From the NCBI GenBank assembly GCA_000993595.1, contig LBWJ01000007.1, forward strand, positions 32,172 through 96,171: DNA of 64,000 nt, read 5' to 3'. This stretch comes from Candidatus Peregrinibacteria bacterium GW2011_GWC2_39_14 (GTDB lineage: Bacteria; Patescibacteriota; Gracilibacteria; UBA1369; UBA12463). The notes under the pieces are model-generated. The model was given only the letters and a program-made list of their open reading frames with translations. It had not been told where the DNA came from and made no database searches. Made by a program: the position numbers and the translations under genes. Position 1 is the first letter of the stretch. Each line of letters begins with the position of its first letter. Positions 63,239 to 64,000 of this stretch are shown one piece after another.

Positions 63239-64000
63239 ATGTTGATGGTGTCAAAAATTGTATTTTTGGGACTGGGGTGGGCGATTGGAATTGTTTGTTT
63301 TGAAAATTTTTATGCGGCGATTTTGCTGATGTTTTTGTGTGGGTTTTTGTTTTTTAGAACGCGAAAGATCGGAATTGTTTTCATGGTTTTTATCGCTTTT
63401 GTTTGCGGATTTTTGAGAATTTATTTAACGCAAAATAACGGTTTGGCATTGGCGGATTTTGGAAATAAAAATATTACTGTTTATGGCGTTATTTCCGAGG
63501 AAATTGTGAATTATGATTCGTATTCGATGGTGAAAATTGCGGGAGATATGGTTGAATATAACGGCTCGGTTTATAAAATGGATTTTTTGGTTAGCATAAG
63601 GGTAAATTTGCATAGTGAATTTGGACATGGCGATTACATTCGTGCCGTTGGAACTGTGGGAAATTTTAATACAATGAGTTATCCGGATATACGAATTTTG
63701 AAGAAGGGGAGCGCCGGGCCGGTTTTGCTTTTTCGCGCTTATATTATTTCTAAGCTGGAAAGCATTTTTTCCGAACCATATTCAAGCTTTGTTTCCGCGC
63801 TTTTGATTGGCGCAAGGAAGGGGATTCCGAGTGATATTTTGAGCAATTTTAATAAGATTGGTTTAACGCATATTATTGCGGTTTCCGGTTATAATATCAC
63901 AATTGTGATTGCTTGCGTGTTTGCGCTTTTTTCGTTTTTGGGAAGAAAGTTGAAGGTCGCTTTTTCAGTTTTATTTGTGATATTTTTTATGTTTTTGGCG
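63239..64000 (+). CDS. comEC: ComEC/Rec2 family competence channel protein, 5' part (continues past window end)
   Basis: My own translation from the ATG at 63239 (an in-frame TGA lies at 63230) gives MLMVSKIVFLGLGWAIGIVCF...ALLIGARKGIPSDILSNFNKIGLTHIIAVSGYNITIV. N-terminal TM helices, an OB-like insert and the GLTHxxAxSG motif fit ComEC. It is absent from the ORF track because no stop lies in the window. Confidence 0.8.
   Translation, partial: MLMVSKIVFLGLGWAIGIVCFENFYAAILLMFLCGFLFFRTRKIGIVFMVFIAFVCGFLRIYLTQNNGLALADFGNKNITVYGVISEEIVNYDSYSMVKIAGDMVEYNGSVYKMDFLVSIRVNLHSEFGHGDYIRAVGTVGNFNTMSYPDIRILKKGSAGPVLLFRAYIISKLESIFSEPYSSFVSALLIGARKGIPSDILSNFNKIGLTHIIAVSGYNITIVIACVFALFSFLGRKLKVAFSVLFVIFFMFLA

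Overview
A compact, AT-rich bacterial chromosome segment using the standard genetic code: conserved genes have no in-frame TGA, and TGA serves as a stop. Almost no Shine-Dalgarno sequences are visible. Gene content and style suggest a small-genome uncultivated lineage, possibly Patescibacteria/CPR-like, but that placement is low-confidence inference. The backbone is housekeeping. On the minus strand lie the spc/S10 ribosomal protein genes (rpsE to rplC), rpsJ, tuf, fusA, rpsG, rpsL, rpoC, rpoB, serS, dnaK, grpE, hrcA, rsmH, an ftsL-like gene, tsaC, mraY and a D-Ala-D-Ala carboxypeptidase. On the plus strand lie gap, a class I aldolase, fbp, an ECF sigma/anti-sigma pair and a comEC 5' end. No rRNA, tRNA or CRISPR was found. 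Several conserved operons are interrupted. (1) An 8.4-kb gene for a 2810-aa surface protein, with its own promoter and terminators, sits between rpsJ and rplC. (2) A plus-strand island with an IS30 element and a paralogous family of orphan winged-helix-like proteins separates hrcA-grpE from dnaK, and each half has its own CIRCE operator. (3) A second small paralog family and an HNH-gene relic lie between hrcA and the ftsL-like gene. At the nucleotide level, a bipartite GC-rich intercistronic hairpin family recurs directly after stop codons of highly expressed genes, and one copy has been absorbed into an ORF through stop-codon loss. C-poor AT-rich repeat spacers and near-consensus sigma70 promoters are also frequent. 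All functional calls rest on motif recognition by eye in the supplied translations; no database search was run.
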